NCBI RefSeq assembly: GCF_964355755.1
Contig: NC_092680.1
Location: 15,075,045 to 15,139,044 of the forward strand
Reading direction: 5' to 3'
DNA: 64,000 bases
Source of the DNA: Antedon mediterranea
Taxonomy: Eukaryota > Animalia > Echinodermata
Part shown: positions 51,084 through 62,780 of the stretch, piece by piece
Numbering within the stretch: position 1 is the stretch's first letter
Layout: each line of letters begins with the position of its first letter
The notes under the pieces: model-generated
Seen by the model: the letters and a program-made list of their open reading frames with translations, nothing else
The model's database searches: none
Told to the model about the DNA's origin: nothing
Made by a program: the position numbers and the translations under genes

Positions 51084-52018
51084 TGCTGGTGGCTAGGGTA
51101 GTAATTGTTTGACTGTTGGTATGGGTATGGCGGGGGATAGTTTCCGTATGAACGGTTTTGTTGTCGGCAGTGCCTTGCTATGTGGCCTGGTTTCCCGCAG
51201 TAATAACAGGTTGGGGGAGGTGGGGTCTGGAATCGGGGTTTGTATGGGCTTGGGCTTTGGTTTCGTCTTGGGATATAATTTCGGGTGGGGGAACGTGAGC
51301 GTCGAGTATCATCATTAAGGGATCGTTTTGTTGTGGCCATGTCTAACTTGAGAGAATTTATCTCATGTTGGAGCGATTCGAGACTATTAGGCCTATCTGT
51401 TTCCTTATTGATATTGAATGAAACTTCCCGTGTGGCATCATCTACGGAAAGGTCAAGGTAATTTTGTGTGCTATTTACGATATTTTCAATAGTAGCATCG
51501 ATTGGGGTGGACATGGCTACAGCTGCTCTACATTTTGGTGGAAGGGTCGAAATAAATTTATTCTTTATCTGCTGGTCAGCGTATCCAATTCTGTCTGCGG
51601 CTTGTTTGATTTTGGTTAAATGCTTTTCGGCGTTGTCGCCAGTGGTGTATGTAATTGAATCGTATTCTCTTATGTGCGCATAGATTGATTTGTTTTTACT
51701 AAACCTGTTGATGAATTGGGTTTTTAAGGATTCCAGTGAATCGAACTGCTTTCCCTCAATCCAGAGTCTAGCTTGGCCCTGAAGGCTACGTTTAAAAATA
51801 CTTATTACATTAATTAATTGGGCATTGTTTACAGGGTTTTCTAACGTGTGGGCCTCAAGGTAGTCGGTAAACGATAAGTAATGTGCACTACATTGGTCGT
51901 GATCGGTTATGGAACCGTCATATCTTTTGGGAAGGAAATCGGTTTGTCTTAGGTGGGGCACGGGGTGAGGATTGACGGGCTCATTTAAAATTACTTCGTT
52001 ATCAACAATGTCGACCAT
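51074..52018 (-). CDS. gag: Gag (capsid-like region plus CCHC zinc knuckle), 314 aa, intact
   Basis: LPKRYDG...FKRSLQGQARLW...LKTQFINRF gag-like motifs and the knuckle CYYCGKPGHIARHC. Located between PBS and pol. Confidence 0.92.
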   Translation of the reverse strand: MVDIVDNEVILNEPVNPHPVPHLRQTDFLPKRYDGSITDHDQCSAHYLSFTDYLEAHTLENPVNNAQLINVISIFKRSLQGQARLWIEGKQFDSLESLKTQFINRFSKNKSIYAHIREYDSITYTTGDNAEKHLTKIKQAADRIGYADQQIKNKFISTLPPKCRAAVAMSTPIDATIENIVNSTQNYLDLSVDDATREVSFNINKETDRPNSLESLQHEINSLKLDMATTKRSLNDDTRRSRSPTRNYIPRRNQSPSPYKPRFQTPPPPTCYYCGKPGHIARHCRQQNRSYGNYPPPYPYQQSNNYYPSHQQDF

Positions 52019-52399
52019 ACTTTATAATATTAATTAATCAAAATATCAAAAACAATTTAGTGTATATGTAAACTCTCACTTTTTCAATCAAGGTTACAAA
52101 TCAAAATCAAAATGGCTTTGACTTACCCCAAATGCTTCGGGTCCAATTAAAAATGAATTAAAGGAATGCAAAAAGTGTTCAAAAATGTTTAAATGTTCAA
52201 ACAACGAATTAAAGAAATGTTAAAGGTGCTCATCAATGTTCAAATTTTCAAACAACGAATTAAAAAAATGCGAAAGGTGTTCATCAATGTTCAAAAAAGT
52301 AAATGTTAAAAAAAACGATCGAAAAAAAACGGCGTGAAGTTGAAAGTCTCTAAACGAAACAGTTCTTGTCCGCTTGCTTCTGTTTTGATTCTTCTTGGG

Positions 52400-52603
52400 T
52401 CTTCCTCGATTATCTTCTTTGTCCTTATCCAATGGTTATAATTTCATAAAATTTCTGCTTGTCTCGATTTCATTCAAATATAATTTCAGCTTGTCTTTTG
52501 TGTCTTCCTCGATTATCTTCTTTGTCTTCATCCAATGGTAATAATTTGATAAAATTTCTGCTTGTCTCGATCTCATTCAAATATAATTTCAGCTTGTCTT
52601 TTG
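52400..52603. repeat. ~103-bp direct duplication in the Gypsy 5' leader
   Basis: TCTTCCTCGATTATCTTCTTTGTC...CAGCTTGTCTTTTG at 52400 and 52503. Confidence 0.85.
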
Positions 52604-52733
52604 AGTCAAAGTAAATTTCTCTCCTTTCAAACAAATATGGTTATTTTTGTCTTTGTCTTCGTCTTCGTGTCTTGTTAAGTGTTTATTTCTTGTTTTCTCA
52701 CCCCGTTCCTTATGAAATTTGGGTCTTCCACCA

Positions 52734-52909
52734 TGTAATATAATGTTGCGTTGTTGAGGTACTAAAGAAGGACTCTATTATAAACTAAATGGTCATTAAA
52801 ACATCTGGACAAACTCTCCTTTGGACTTTCTGGGTCAAGTTTGTGAACCTATTTGAATTCCGATACAAAGGTCAATTTCTTAAATATAAAAGTATATCGT
52901 TATATCACA
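52734..52909 (-). repeat. 5' LTR (176 bp), followed directly by the PBS
   Basis: TG...CA ends. The minus strand continues TGGTGGAAGACCC, where TGG is complementary to a tRNA CCA end; the priming tRNA was not identified. Confidence 0.95.
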
Positions 52910-54454
52910 GTATGTGTATGTGTTTTTGTGTATTTTATATAAATGATCAAGAAATAAATAGTGAAAAATGAAAACGATGTTAAGATTCTTATTTTATGTT
53001 AATATTATAAAAATGTTTTTATTGGCAATATCTAATATGTAAGCGAGTTAAGCGTGTCCTCAAATGCACCATCCTAAAATGTTTGCATTAACATGATAAC
53101 TTGACAGGCATACTGTACTTCTCTGAGACTCTTGTATCCCTGAATAGTCTCTCCTGTCATAATGAAATATAAAAGTCTGCCCTTATCTAAAAAGAGTTAA
53201 AATACTTTTTTTTTACTTATTTTCTTCAACTTACTTTCTGTCCAACTATATTTACCAGAAAGTCTTTCTTTATGGAAACTCTAACTAAAAGTAACAGACC
53301 GCCCTTTCTTTGATTCAAACCGGACCAATGTTTTTGGTAGTTTACCTAGAATGCCATTATATTTGAGATATTTACTTTTTTGAATTTTGGTGAAATATGA
53401 ATAGGCCCATGTCCATGACTTATGACTTGTGGGTATATGTTAATTATATTACAGTTGAACTTAATCATACTGAGGGAGAAGTTGTAAGACATCTGTTTTG
53501 AAAACCGTGAAACAAAAATTAAAGTTTATTATACTACTGCTTCCGTCAGCAAAAAAAAGGACAAAAATAGCGAATAGAAGAGATTCCCGCACTGGGCAAA
53601 AACTGGTTGAATTAACGTTAATTCAACGTGTTCTGCAAACGTTGAAATGACGTCGTTAAAGTGTTGAAAATGAAAGTTTGCATCAACGAAAATGTCAACG
53701 TTGATTCACATAGAAATTATCAACGTCGAAACAACGTAAAAATAAGTAACGTTAAAATAACATCGGAAAATTGTTGAAAATGAAAGTTTGCATCAATATA
53801 AATGTCAACGTTAATTCAACGTTGAAATGATCAACATTGAAATGTTGAAATTATTAATTTTGAAACAACGTAATGATTTAGTTACCAACGCATTTACTGT
53901 TTGTGATTTATAATATATCAAAAGCCTACTTCTTAACTTAAATATTGAAAAACAAAAGTACAAACATTATTAAATATACGACTTAATTAATCTATCTGAT
54001 TAAAAACCTGCGTCTAGTATGTGCATAAAAGTGTACGAAATATTGCCATATCTCTTTATAAGAGTATAAACTCGGTATAAACTAGACATTTAGTTTGTCA
54101 TGAAATAACAACGATGGATATAGAGATTTTAGGATTTGCAAGTTTAAGTTGTCATATTATTTGGTAAGAATAAAGCTTTGAATTACTAATGAATGAACGA
54201 GATCAGCTAATCCAGTTAATACTCAACAAATCAAAAAGTAAATCTACAAAAATCTTTAAAATAATAGTGAACTCGGATATATGCATTAATGTGGGTGATA
54301 TCACAGAAAGATCTACACAATAATACAATTATGATTAATCATATTCTGCTGTAGTACTTGTTTACATGACGTTATCTTCCTATATTTACTTTTGTTGAAG
54401 TTTAGACTAAATCGAATTTATGTCCAAATAAGGACTTTAAAACTACAATTCCAA

Positions 54455-55936
54455 CTAGATTTAATTCGTCACTATGACGAATTATAGGTTATATGCATTG
54501 ATTTTAATAAAGATAATTGATTTTTAAAAGATATTTTGATTCATTGATTTTCTCAGATTCTATAATTATTTATAATATATGATAGGACCTTGCTAACGCG
54601 AATACAATAGCCGGTATCACAATCCGATCAAAGATCCCTCTGCGTATAATGTCATAAACCACATTTGCTGTTACATAATAATAAAGACATAAGTTATTTT
54701 TTATCTAGATTTCATTATAAATCATGTGTATAATATATACACTAAGAAATAAATTTGAACAAACAATACGGATAATAAAAAAAAAAATCTTATTTCGTTT
54801 CCCAAGGTGAGACTCGATCTCGGTACCTTGAGTGCCATAGACACGAGCACACACCACCGAGCCATACACAACTGTCTAAAAATTGTAGAAAAATTCCTCC
54901 GTGTATTTACTATGCAGTAACCACTTTGGTGCAGATAGATTATTAAATACCGCAATGAATTATAATTTTTTACTATGATGACATCTCTAAAAATGTACAA
55001 AAATGATGCACTGTCAAACTATATACTTTTAACTTTAATATATGAACTTTTGGAGGAAGAAAGTTAATGTTAAGTTTGTTATTTTGGCCTAAGAAAATGT
55101 CATAATTTGTTTGATTGTCGAAATGAATTTTTTTTAATTTAATATGCAATCAATTATGGCTTAATCAACTTTTGTTCCCTTAGTTTAATAATAAATCATA
55201 CATAAGATACATACACTTCAAGAAAATGAAATAAAAAATATGTGTTCCCGAGCATTTTGACGATCTATATTAATTTTAAAATTTAGCATATTTTCACCAT
55301 TTTGTTAACTTACACGTGCGTAGCCTGTCACTTTTGACGTGCTCGTATAAGGCAATTACGCGTTGAAAAGTGAATAAAATATGATGATATTATTAAAGAA
55401 AGGTTGTACAACCGAAATCGGACAAAAAGAGTGCGCATTAACGTATAACGCGCAGTGCGCGTGCAAAAATCTGCGCACTCATGGCAATTTTTTAAACGCT
55501 TAAAATTGCCTGAAACGTACTCTAATTTCATCGAAAATAAATTTTGACAATTTTGAACATTTTAAGCGCGCGTACGCAAGCGTTATATGCGCTACGCACG
55601 TAATTGTATTGCCATATGATGAAATATGACCTGAAATTTATGAGTACCAAATTTTGTTTAATTGTGATTCATGCTTGTGAAGATATGATTACAAACGTGA
55701 TTTCGTAAAATCGCGCGTAGACCGCGTAATTTTTGATTACGCATCGTGAAAATATAACCACATCGATTCCTGGCCATAAGGAATATACTCTGAAAAATTG
55801 ACTTAGATAGATGAAACTGATATCAAGATAATTCACGGACAAAATAGTGCTAAGGAAAGAATAAATAAATAAATAAATAAATAAATAAAGATTTTGACAG
55901 AATCAAGAGGTTATATGCATATCATGCATATAACCT
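54455..55936 (-). mobile_element. Helentron-associated non-autonomous element (HINE/DINE-1-like)
   Basis: Inserted at CCAA|TTAT of array unit 3. Right end has palindrome AGGTTATATGCAT-ATC-ATGCATATAACCT with a (TAAA)n microsatellite. Left end has CTAG, stem-loop AATTCGTCA-CTA-TGACGAATT and subterminal IR AGGTTATATGCA. Confidence 0.85.
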
Positions 55937-57622
55937 AATTATATTAGATAAAATGGTAACTGAGAATTGATAAAAAAGGAGATTAAAAATATCTTACTGA
56001 ATGATTGTTGGAGACGCGAGAGCAGCGTGGTCCAAGAGGATTGCACCACGCCCTCTCAGTTCTCAAAATAGAATCGTGTTAAACTTTGTTTTCACATAAT
56101 TCTTGCTTATTATCTGTATGTGTATGTGTTTTTGTGTATTTTATATAAATGATTAAGAAATAAATAGTGAAAAATGAAAACGATGTTAAGATTCTTATTT
56201 TATGTTAATATTATAAAAATGTTTTTATTGGCAATATCTAATATGTAAGCGAGTTAAGCGTGTCCTCAAATGCACCATCCTAAAATGTTTGCATTAACAT
56301 GATAACTTGACAGGCATACTGTACTTCTCTGAGACTCTTGTATCCCTGAATAGTCTCTCCTGTCATAATGAAATATAAAAGTCTGCCCTTATCTAAAAAG
56401 AGTTAAAATACTTTTTTTTGACTTATTTTCTTCAACTTACTTTCTGTCCAACTATATTTACCAGAAAGTCTTTCTTTATGGAAACTCTAACTAAAAGTAA
56501 CAGACCGCCCTTTCTTTGATTCAAACCGGACCAATGTTTTTGGTAGTTTACCTAGAATGCCATTATATTTGAGATATTTACTTTTTTGAATTTTGGTGAA
56601 ATATGAATAGGCCCATGTCCATGACTTATGACTTGTGGGTATATGTTAATTATATTACAGTTGAACTTAATCATACTGAGGGAGAAGTTGTAAGACATCT
56701 GTTTTGAAAACCGTGAAACAAAAATTAAAGTTTATTATACTACTGCTTCCGTCAGCAAAAAAAAGGACAAAAATAGCGAATAGAAGAGATTCCCGCACTG
56801 GGCAAACACTGGTTGAATTAACGTTAATTCAACGTTATCTGCAAACGTTGAAATGACGTCGTTAAAGTGTTGAAAATGAAAGTTTGCAACAACGAAAATG
56901 TCAACGTTGATTCACATAGAAATTATCAACGTCGAAACAACGTAAAAATAAGTAACGTTAAAATAACATCGGAAAATTGTTGAAAATGAAAGTTTGCATC
57001 AACATAAATGTCACCGTTAATTCAACGTTGAAATGATCAACATTGAAATGTTGAAATTATTAACTTTGAAACAACGTAATGATTTAGTTACCAACGCATT
57101 TACAGTTTGTGATTTATAATATATCAAAAGCCTACTTCTTAACTTAAATATTGAAAAACAAAAGTACAAACATTATTAAATATACGACTTAATTAATCTA
57201 TCTGATTAAAAACCTGCGTCTAGTATGTGCATAAAAGTGTACGAAATACTGCCATATCTCTTTATAAGAGTATATACTCGGTATAAACTAGACATTTAGT
57301 TTGTCATGAAATAACAACGATGGATATAGAGATTTTAGGATTTGCAAGTTTAAGTTGTCATTTTATTTATAAAGCTTTGAATCACTAATGGATGAACGAG
57401 ATCAGCTAATCCAGTTAATACTCAACAAATCAAAAAGTAAAAATCTTTAAAATAATAGTAAACTCGAACATATGCATTAATGTGGGTGATATCACAGAAA
57501 GATCTACACAATAATACAATGAAGATTAATCATAGTCTGCTGTAGTAGGCCTACCTGTTTACATGACGTTATCTTCCTATATTTACTTTTGTTGAAGTTT
57601 TAGACTAAATCAAATTTATGTC

Positions 57623-57865
57623 TGTTATATACCTCCAGTACCTTTGTACAGTAGTAATGTATTGTAATGTATTGTAAAGCTGACTCAAAGAAACATGTAT
57701 TCACTTCGACTACTTTTTAACAACTCTTTTATTCACAATTCTACTATTTATATGACTCATACAAATTGGTATAGGTACAGGTGGTATTTGTAAACCAACT
57801 GATAATAGAGGAAGCAGTGTACTGATGTATCATCTTGCCTACTGGCACCATAGCTAGACATAACA
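57623..57865 (-). mobile_element. Solo LTR (243 bp) of a second LTR family
   Basis: TGTTAT...ATAACA ends and 5-bp TSD ATGTC (57618-57622, 57866-57870). The empty site TTTATGTCCAAAT is seen in other array units. Minus strand shows TATATAAAT followed by AATAAA. Confidence 0.85.
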
Positions 57866-59229
57866 ATGTCCAAATAAGGACTTTAAAACTACAATTCCAA
57901 TAATATTAGGTAACTATAAAAATGAATATATTATTTTTTGAATGTTTGTGTTTTTTTTGTATTTTATATAAATGATTAAGAAATAAATCGGTAGTTTTAA
58001 TAGTCACCTTCAATGATGAAAATTCAACACTCAGAAAGGTATTGTTTTATTCAGAGAGGTGGGGAGGAGGGGGAGGGGTGTGGTTGAAGGTGGGTAACTC
58101 TACCCGACGGGGGCCCTGGCTGGTGCCACCACTGTGCCGCGGTGGAATAATTAGATTAGATAGTAAACCTTTCTCACCCTGATTGTGACACAGTGAAACA
58201 ACACTGCCTTTGATTCGAAACATGGTAGGAAATTCTAATTTGTGTCCTAAATAGCGAGAGAGAATTTCATAAATATGTTAGTATAAAACAAACACGTATC
58301 AAATGAATACATTTTTAATTCCTTTTATATACATATATATAGTTTTATAACATTTTATCGTACAAGTTGTTTCATATTTTAATGCAATTTTATATTGTAA
58401 TATTTACTTGTGTTTTATCTTATTTATTTAAACAATGTTTACTTTGTTGCAATAAATGGATTTGATTTGATTTGAAAACAATATGATCTTTTACAACAAC
58501 TTTCATTCGAAATTGACAAAAAATCATTTTCAAGAAAATTACATCATATTGAATAAATTCCTGTTCAAACAACTGGATGAAAAAAGTATGATGTTGTAAC
58601 TATTTACTAACAATCACGATAATAGAATTGCACAAAAAATACAACATAGTTACTGTTTTAGGACCGGAACAGATTTTACTGTTTCACAATTTTTTTTCTT
58701 AAATACATTATACTATTGCTTCCGTTGGCAAGAAAAGACAAAAATAGCGAACAGAGGAGATTACCATAACAAATTGAAGCACTTCCTTCAATGACATATA
58801 AACTTGACCTGATGATATGCTATATAAAGGATCTGGTAGAGTGGAGTAAAATCAAACAGGATTCACTGTTGATCTGTCTCTCCGCAAAGATAATATAGGC
58901 CTCAGTGTGTGGTTTATGCTGAAACAAGTGTAAGTACTTTTACTAACAGTAGTACTGTATCTGACTTTATTACTGCAGTAATGCATTTCTTTGATTCAAT
59001 ATTGTATATTATGTTTGATTGTTATTGGTACCACAAGTGACTTCTACGGGAGTATCGTACTATTGTAGTACCACCCACAATGTGCGCGCAATTTTTGTGT
59101 GTGTGTGTTAACTGACGAAATATTTGGTTAAAGGGTAGGCCCTATTTTAAATTAGGTAGGCTTATTAGGCCTATTATAATTTATTCTGTTTATCAATGAT
59201 TTGTTTACAAAAGCGTTTACCAATTGCAG

Positions 59230-62200
59230 CGCCCATGTGGCGGCTCTATATTGCTCTGTGCATAACAACTTCGTATCTGTTTGCAGATGGGTTTTTTCAT
59301 CAAATAAGTTTTACTGGATGCTGGAATAGCAAATTGAGCACCATATATTCACAAATTTCTTATATGGAAATAATCGTATCTTGGAGTAAATCGCAGTTGT
59401 TTTTCTTGTTGTTTCCTGAAGTTCAGCTAGGCCCTGCTTGTGCCTTTATTGTTTTAATTCAAACTCATCACTGCCGAAGAACAATGGTCTACTAGCATCA
59501 GTGGGAAGCTAGCCCTGTACTTTCAATCTGACTGTGCATATTGTTATGTAAATGACCTTGTACACCTCATGCTTGAAGATCTGCTGTTGTCATGCTAATT
59601 AGCTATAGCTCTGAGTTTCTTCATGGTTTACAGGGCTGTGTAACCAACAACAATAACAGTTGTGAACTTCTTGAAGAATCTTGCTTAATTATACAATCTT
59701 TTAAGTTGAACTCCAGTAGCTGTAGTATCCACCTATTACCAAGGAGGCCAAAAAGAAAAACCAGGCGTGGTACAAGAGCTGGGCGTGACAAACACACTAA
59801 AAACAATCTATCATTTCTAGACTTATCATCAAACTCTCTCTTATCTAAAAACAATATTAAATTTTGCAGTATTAATACAAGATCCGTTCGGAACAAAACA
59901 ACAGAATTTGTGGATTTCGTTATCGAACATAATCTGGATGTTGTTGCCCTTTCGGAAACGTGGCTTAAACCAGAAGACACATCAGTTATAGGAAATATTA
60001 CACCCAACGGATACTCTCTCAAACATGCTCCCCGTGCTGGTACTAAAAGAGGTGGTGGAGTTGCACTTCTTTACAAGGAAAGCATAGCGGTTAAATGTTA
60101 TGACACGGGATTATTACCAAAATCATTTGAACTGCTAAATGTGGAAATAGTCAGCAATGCATCCTCAGTTTTCCTCGTAGCAGTATATCGTCCTCAAAGC
60201 AAATCAACGGGTTGCAGTCTAAATGTTTTCACTGAAGAATTCTCAACTTTGGTTGATCACTATGTATTGAAGCCGGCTCCCATACTATTCGTTGGAGACT
60301 TTAACATCCATGTGGATATGCCAAATGATGCAGATGCAATTCATTTTCGGAATCTACTTGTAGCAAGCAGTCTTCAACAGCATGTGTCTACACCTACACA
60401 CCGACATGGTCATACATTAGACTTGCTGATCACTCGTTCATCTGATCCTCCTGTTTTCTCAAACCTTAATGTCATTGATGGTATATCAGATCACTATGCA
60501 ATCACGTGTAATCTCCTTATCAAGAAGCCACCCGTAATCACTAAATCCATCGAAACTCGTCATTGGAATGCTATAAATTTTGAGACATTAAGTAAAGATA
60601 TCACACAGTCTGATCTCGGAACTTCGCTCTCAAATCTTGATTTATCAAGTAAAGTACGACTATATGTCACCACTTTGAGTGAACTTCTTGACAAACACGC
60701 ACCACCGAAAAAGAGAACAGTAAAGGTCCGACCAAACACTAGTTGGTATAACAGTGACATCTATGCTGAGAAAAGAACAAAGCGTAAGCTTGAAAAGAAA
60801 TGGAGAATCTCTCATCTGGAAATAGATCGTCAAGCTTACATTGCACAGAAGAGGAATGTAAATTCCATGGTAAGAAAGGCAAAGGCCAACTACTACATTG
60901 GCTTGTGTGAAGAACATGCAGCAGATCAGAAAGGACTTTTTAAAATTGTTAACCAACTCCTTCATCATCGCCAGGTATCACCTCTCCCAGATAGTCTTTC
61001 TGACTTAGATCTTGCGAACAGGTTCTGTCAGTTTTTCACAGACAAGATCAAGATCATCAGAGACGACTTCAAGATTGATGACATGTCATTTAATGAGCCT
61101 GTGACAGCTGTTCATCAGCATCTCACAACATTTACACCAGCATCTCAAGATGAGATCCGCAACATTCTGATGAAATCACCAACAAAATCATGCAGGTTAG
61201 ATCCAGTTCCTACTTCTATACTGAAGAAGTGTATAGACGCAGTCGTTCCAATAATAACGGAAATCATTAACCATTCTCTTAATACCGGCATAGTGCCAGA
61301 TGAACTGAAAATTGCTCACGTTCGTCCTTTAATAAAAAAGCAAAACTTGGATCATAACACGCTGAAAAATTACCGCCCGGTGTCGAATCTTTCTTTTCTT
61401 GGAAAGACTCTGGAGCGTGTAGTGACATCACGCATTACTCCATATCTTCAAAAGCATAATTTAAATGAGAATTACCAGTCGGCATATCGTGCATGTCATA
61501 GCACGGAGAGTTCCCTTTTAAAGGTACAGAATGATTTGTTACAAGGAATGAATGATGGGAAAATAACGCTATTGGTGTTGTTGGATTTGTCAGCAGCGTT
61601 TGATACAGTTGATCACCAAAGACTGATAACCCGTCTGAGAAATCGCATTGGCATAAATGGTGTTGCTCTTAACTGGTTCCAGTCATATCTTACAGGAAGA
61701 CGTCAGCTAGTCTGTATCAATGATGCATTCTCAGATGAAGCTTGCCTGAAATATGGTGTACCACAGGGGTCAGTAATTGGGCCTGGCCAGTTTTCCATTT
61801 ATACGCTTCCCCTTGGTGACATTATTCGCAAACACAGTCTACATTTCCATTTCTATGCAGATGATACACAGATTTATGTGTCAGTAAATCCAGTGCAAAG
61901 GGATGTTGCTGCAGCAATCAGTAAGATGGAAGCCTGTATAGAAGATGTTCGCAATTGGATGACAACAAATTACCTAAAGTTGAATGATGGAAAGACAGAG
62001 TTTATTATCGTCGGGTCTAAATGTAACATCTCCAAAATCAACATCACACATATCAGAATCGGAAACTCTAACATCGCTCCCTCATCGGTGGTCCGGAATC
62101 TGGGAATCATGCTGGATAGTAATCTCACTATGGAAGCACAAATAACAACTGTATCCAAAGCAGCATGCATATCGATTAGGAACCTTGGTCGTATTCGCGG

Positions 62201-62780
62201 TAATCTTAACAAGAAAACAGCTGAATTGATTGTACACTCATTTGTCACTTCTAAAATTGACATTGGTAATGCCTTGTTGTTTGGCATACCAAAATCTCAA
62301 ATACAACGTTTGCAGCGCTTGCAAAATATGGCAGCTAGAATTGTTATACAAAATCAAACGCTCACATAACTCCTGTCCTGATGGATTTGCATTGGTTGCC
62401 TGTTCAACAACGTATTAAGTACAAACTTGCGTTGTTTGTATTCAAGATCCTAAATGACAGTGCTCCTGCTTATTTATCTGACCTTGTGGATCGTTACGAA
62501 TCATCCCGCAGAGGCCTACGATCATTGTCACAAAACCTTCTTCAAGAGCGTAGAGCGAAAAATCAGTGGGGTCGGAGATCTTTTTACGTTGCGGCCGCAA
62601 GTGTATGGAACAGCTTACCAGCAACAGTTAAATGCTCAACTAGTCTAAACAGTTTCAAGACCAACCTAAAGACGTCGCTATTCGCTGATGTCCTCGCACG
62701 TTGTTAATGCACAAAGCGCCATGAGCGCCACATGGGTGGAGGATACCGGCGCTATATAAGTTTTCATTTATTATTATATT
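59230..62780 (+). mobile_element. L2-clade LINE, near full-length ORF2 with intact 3' tail
   Basis: APE and RT ORF, C-terminal HITPVLMDLHWLPVQQRIKYKL motif typical of L2, and 3' end GCGCCATGAGCGCC...GGCGCTATATAAG followed by an (ATT)n-like tail. 5' boundary uncertain. Confidence 0.9.
59592..62707 (+). pseudogene. LINE ORF2 (apurinic endonuclease plus reverse transcriptase), frameshifted near 62350
   Basis: ORF 59592..62369 contains NTRSVRNK, LSETWL, GGGVAL, VYRP, GDFN, SDH (APE) and NYRPVSNL, LLDLSAAFDTVDH, GVPQGSVIGP, YADD (RT). It continues in another frame to 62707. Confidence 0.93.

Larger units (their letters stand above)
42264..52909 (-). mobile_element. Ty3/Gypsy LTR retrotransposon with both LTRs, defective pol and a nested Helitron
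   Basis: 176-bp TG...CA LTRs at 42264-42439 and 52734-52909 with one mismatch. 4-bp TSD GTAT at 42260-42263 and 52910-52913; the empty site is visible in unit 1 at about 40540. PBS TGGTGGAAG abuts the 5' LTR and PPT AAAAGGGAAACAGAGGGA abuts the 3' LTR. Domain order gag-PR-RT-RH-IN. Confidence 0.97.
39812..57990 (+). repeat. Tandem array of ~1.71-kb units (three full plus one partial), partly derived from gene 2's 3' UTR/flank and interrupted by three TEs
   Basis: Unit start TTTAC(A/T)GTTTGTGATTTATAATATATCAAAAGCC at 39812, 41526, 53893 and 57099. Units are near-identical. Each full unit ends in a truncated CCC-terminal AACGTT-rich MITE (e.g. 41219-41510). Confidence 0.9.

Noticed and set aside
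46739-51683. Plus-strand ORFs (61-148 aa) within the Gypsy element
   Set aside because: Antisense shadows of gag/pol with no recognisable motifs.
59621-62624. Minus-strand ORFs within the LINE
   Set aside because: Antisense shadows of ORF2.
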